Part shown: piece after piece, positions 17,182 to 18,390 of the stretch
Layout: each line of letters opens with the position of its first letter
How positions within the stretch are numbered: position 1 is the first letter of the stretch
Source: Fidelibacterota bacterium
Lineage (GTDB): Bacteria; Fidelibacterota; Marinisomatia; Marinisomatales; TCS56
Reading direction: 5' to 3'
DNA: 18,390 nt
NCBI GenBank assembly: GCA_043822705.1
Contig: JBDRBK010000029.1
Span: 1 to 18,390 of the forward strand
Notes under the pieces: model-generated
The model's database searches: none
Seen by the model: only the letters and a program-made list of their open reading frames with translations
Told to the model about the DNA's origin: nothing
Program-made: the position numbers and the translations under genes

Positions 17182-17216
17182 TGATCTTGCAACAAAAAAA
17201 CGGACAGTATGAGAAG

Positions 17217-18089
17217 TCATACAGCTTGTTTGTAAGTTAATTGTTCAAATTGTTCCGGGGATTTGTATCCCAAGGCCGAGTGTTTCCTGAACCGATTGTA
17301 AAATACTTCCATGTATTCAAACAGGCTGGTTTTCGCCTGCGATCTGGTATGGTATGTCTGATGGTAAACCAGTTCGGTTTTTAACGTATGGAAAAAGCTC
17401 TCGGCTACTGCATTATCATAGCAGTTTCCTTTACCACTCATACTCCCGATTACTTTGAAAGTATTCAGCAAACCACGGAAGTCATCACAAGCATACTGGA
17501 CGCCACGATCCGAATGAAAGATGAGACCCGGTAATGGTTGGTAGCGTTTAACTGCCTGGATGAAGGCTGGGATAGTTGTCTTCTTCGCCGTCAGGCGGTC
17601 GCTCATGGACCAACCAACTATTTTCCGGCTGTAAAGATCCAGAATAATAGTCAGGTACAACCAGCCTTCCATGGTTCTGATATATGTAATGTCAGATACC
17701 CAGATCCGGTGGGCTGAGGTAGTCCAAAAATCCTGATTCAGTAGATTAAATGCTATCGGGTAAGAATGATCTGAGTTGGTTGTTACCTTGTACTTTTTCT
17801 TCGTCTTGGCTTCGATTCCGTTCGCTCTCATGAGTCTGGCTACTCTGGGACGGCTGCAAAAATATCCCATATCATGCAGGTCATCGGTAATCCGAGGACT
17901 ACCATAAGTACGATAACTGCGCTCATGAATATTCTTTATCTTTTTAATCAACAACCTATTCTCTGAACATTGTTTGCTATCCGGCCGATCCAGCCAATCA
18001 TAATATCCGCTCCGACTTACTTTCAATACCTGGCACATTTTCCCCACCGTAAATGCGGAGCAATGTGTTCTGACAAACACGTACTTCAT
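17217..18089 (-). CDS. IS3-family transposase OrfB (DDE integrase core)
   Basis: VSRSGYYDW, YGSPRI, WVSDITYI (D), DLYSRKIVGW, FHSDRGVQY (D), GNCYDNAVAESFFHTLKTE (E), YN..R.HSALGYKSP. Confidence 0.95.
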   Translation of the reverse strand: MKYVFVRTHCSAFTVGKMCQVLKVSRSGYYDWLDRPDSKQCSENRLLIKKIKNIHERSYRTYGSPRITDDLHDMGYFCSRPRVARLMRANGIEAKTKKKYKVTTNSDHSYPIAFNLLNQDFWTTSAHRIWVSDITYIRTMEGWLYLTIILDLYSRKIVGWSMSDRLTAKKTTIPAFIQAVKRYQPLPGLIFHSDRGVQYACDDFRGLLNTFKVIGSMSGKGNCYDNAVAESFFHTLKTELVYHQTYHTRSQAKTSLFEYMEVFYNRFRKHSALGYKSPEQFEQLTYKQAV

Positions 18090-18390
18090 CGGCGTGTTTT
18101 TCCCGCCTGACTGTCGGGCCGGGAGAAAATGGCCAAGGCTTTTTTTAATATGTCGCGCTCTTCCTGTAAAGATCTGTTCTCACGTTCCAACCGGCGTATC
18201 TTATCTTGATCGGGATCACTTAAATATCCGGAACCAGGAAAAGCATTTTCTTTATTCGCTTTGTATGCGCTCTTCCAGCGGTACAACAGTTCCGGGCGGA
18301 TACCTAAATCTCCAGCAATTTCTACCATCGCTTTGGAACTATGTAAAGCAAATTCAATAGACTCCGTTTTAAACTCCTTCGTGAAACGTC
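18086..18390 (-). CDS. IS3-family transposase OrfA (HTH), 5' partial
   Basis: Frame is open to the window edge: RFTKEFKTESIE...EIAGDLGIRPELLYRW...LERENRSLQEERDILKKA. Stop overlaps the orfB ATG (ATGA). Confidence 0.92.
   Translation of the reverse strand, partial: RFTKEFKTESIEFALHSSKAMVEIAGDLGIRPELLYRWKSAYKANKENAFPGSGYLSDPDQDKIRRLERENRSLQEERDILKKALAIFSRPDSQAGKTRR
18139..18146 (-). other. Programmed -1 frameshift motif A AAA AAA G of IS3 orfA/orfB
   Basis: Minus strand TTA AAA AAA GCC. The -1 frame is open into orfB (KSLGHFLPARQSGGKNTPMKY), and a GC-rich potential stem (TCCCGGCCCGACAGTCAGGCGGGA) follows. Confidence 0.75.

Larger units (their letters stand above)
17182..18390 (-). mobile_element. 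IS3-family insertion sequence (partial; its left end lies beyond the window)
   Basis: Terminal TGATCTTGCAACAAAAAAACGGACA resembles IS3-family TG...GGACA ends; orfA/orfB organisation with a slippery site. Confidence 0.92.

Noticed and set aside
17182..17212. DLATK in the toxin read-through resembling the native L-x-T-K motif, suggesting the toxin is intact
   Set aside because: These codons come from the IS terminal repeat and are followed at once by a stop; treated as coincidence.
1..18390. CRISPR arrays, tRNA or rRNA genes
   Set aside because: No regularly spaced short repeats or tRNA/rRNA-like sequence seen in the intergenic regions.

Overview
Bacterial genomic window with two visibly different halves. 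The left half (1-~10600) is GC-rich core-like DNA. It holds a partial secreted lamin-tail-domain protein, an ArsC/LMW-PTP protein, a co-oriented run (degenerate beta-class DNA methyltransferase-like gene, then the stop/start-overlapping YqeY - CvpA - dnaG - unknown secreted protein), a deoxynucleoside kinase and an Oar-like TonB-dependent receptor. The right half (~10900-18390) is AT-richer accessory DNA. Its most striking part is a ~4.2-kb segment whose only intact recognisable genes are a terminase small-like / terminase large subunit pair, with no portal, capsid, tail or integrase. This segment is bracketed by a 302-bp imperfect direct repeat (10595-10896 / 15110-15411) that duplicates the upstream region, RBS and first six codons of the receptor gene. 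An AbiEi/AbiEii type IV toxin-antitoxin pair follows, with its toxin interrupted by an IS3-family element that runs off the right edge. All calls come from reading motifs by eye; no database searches were run.
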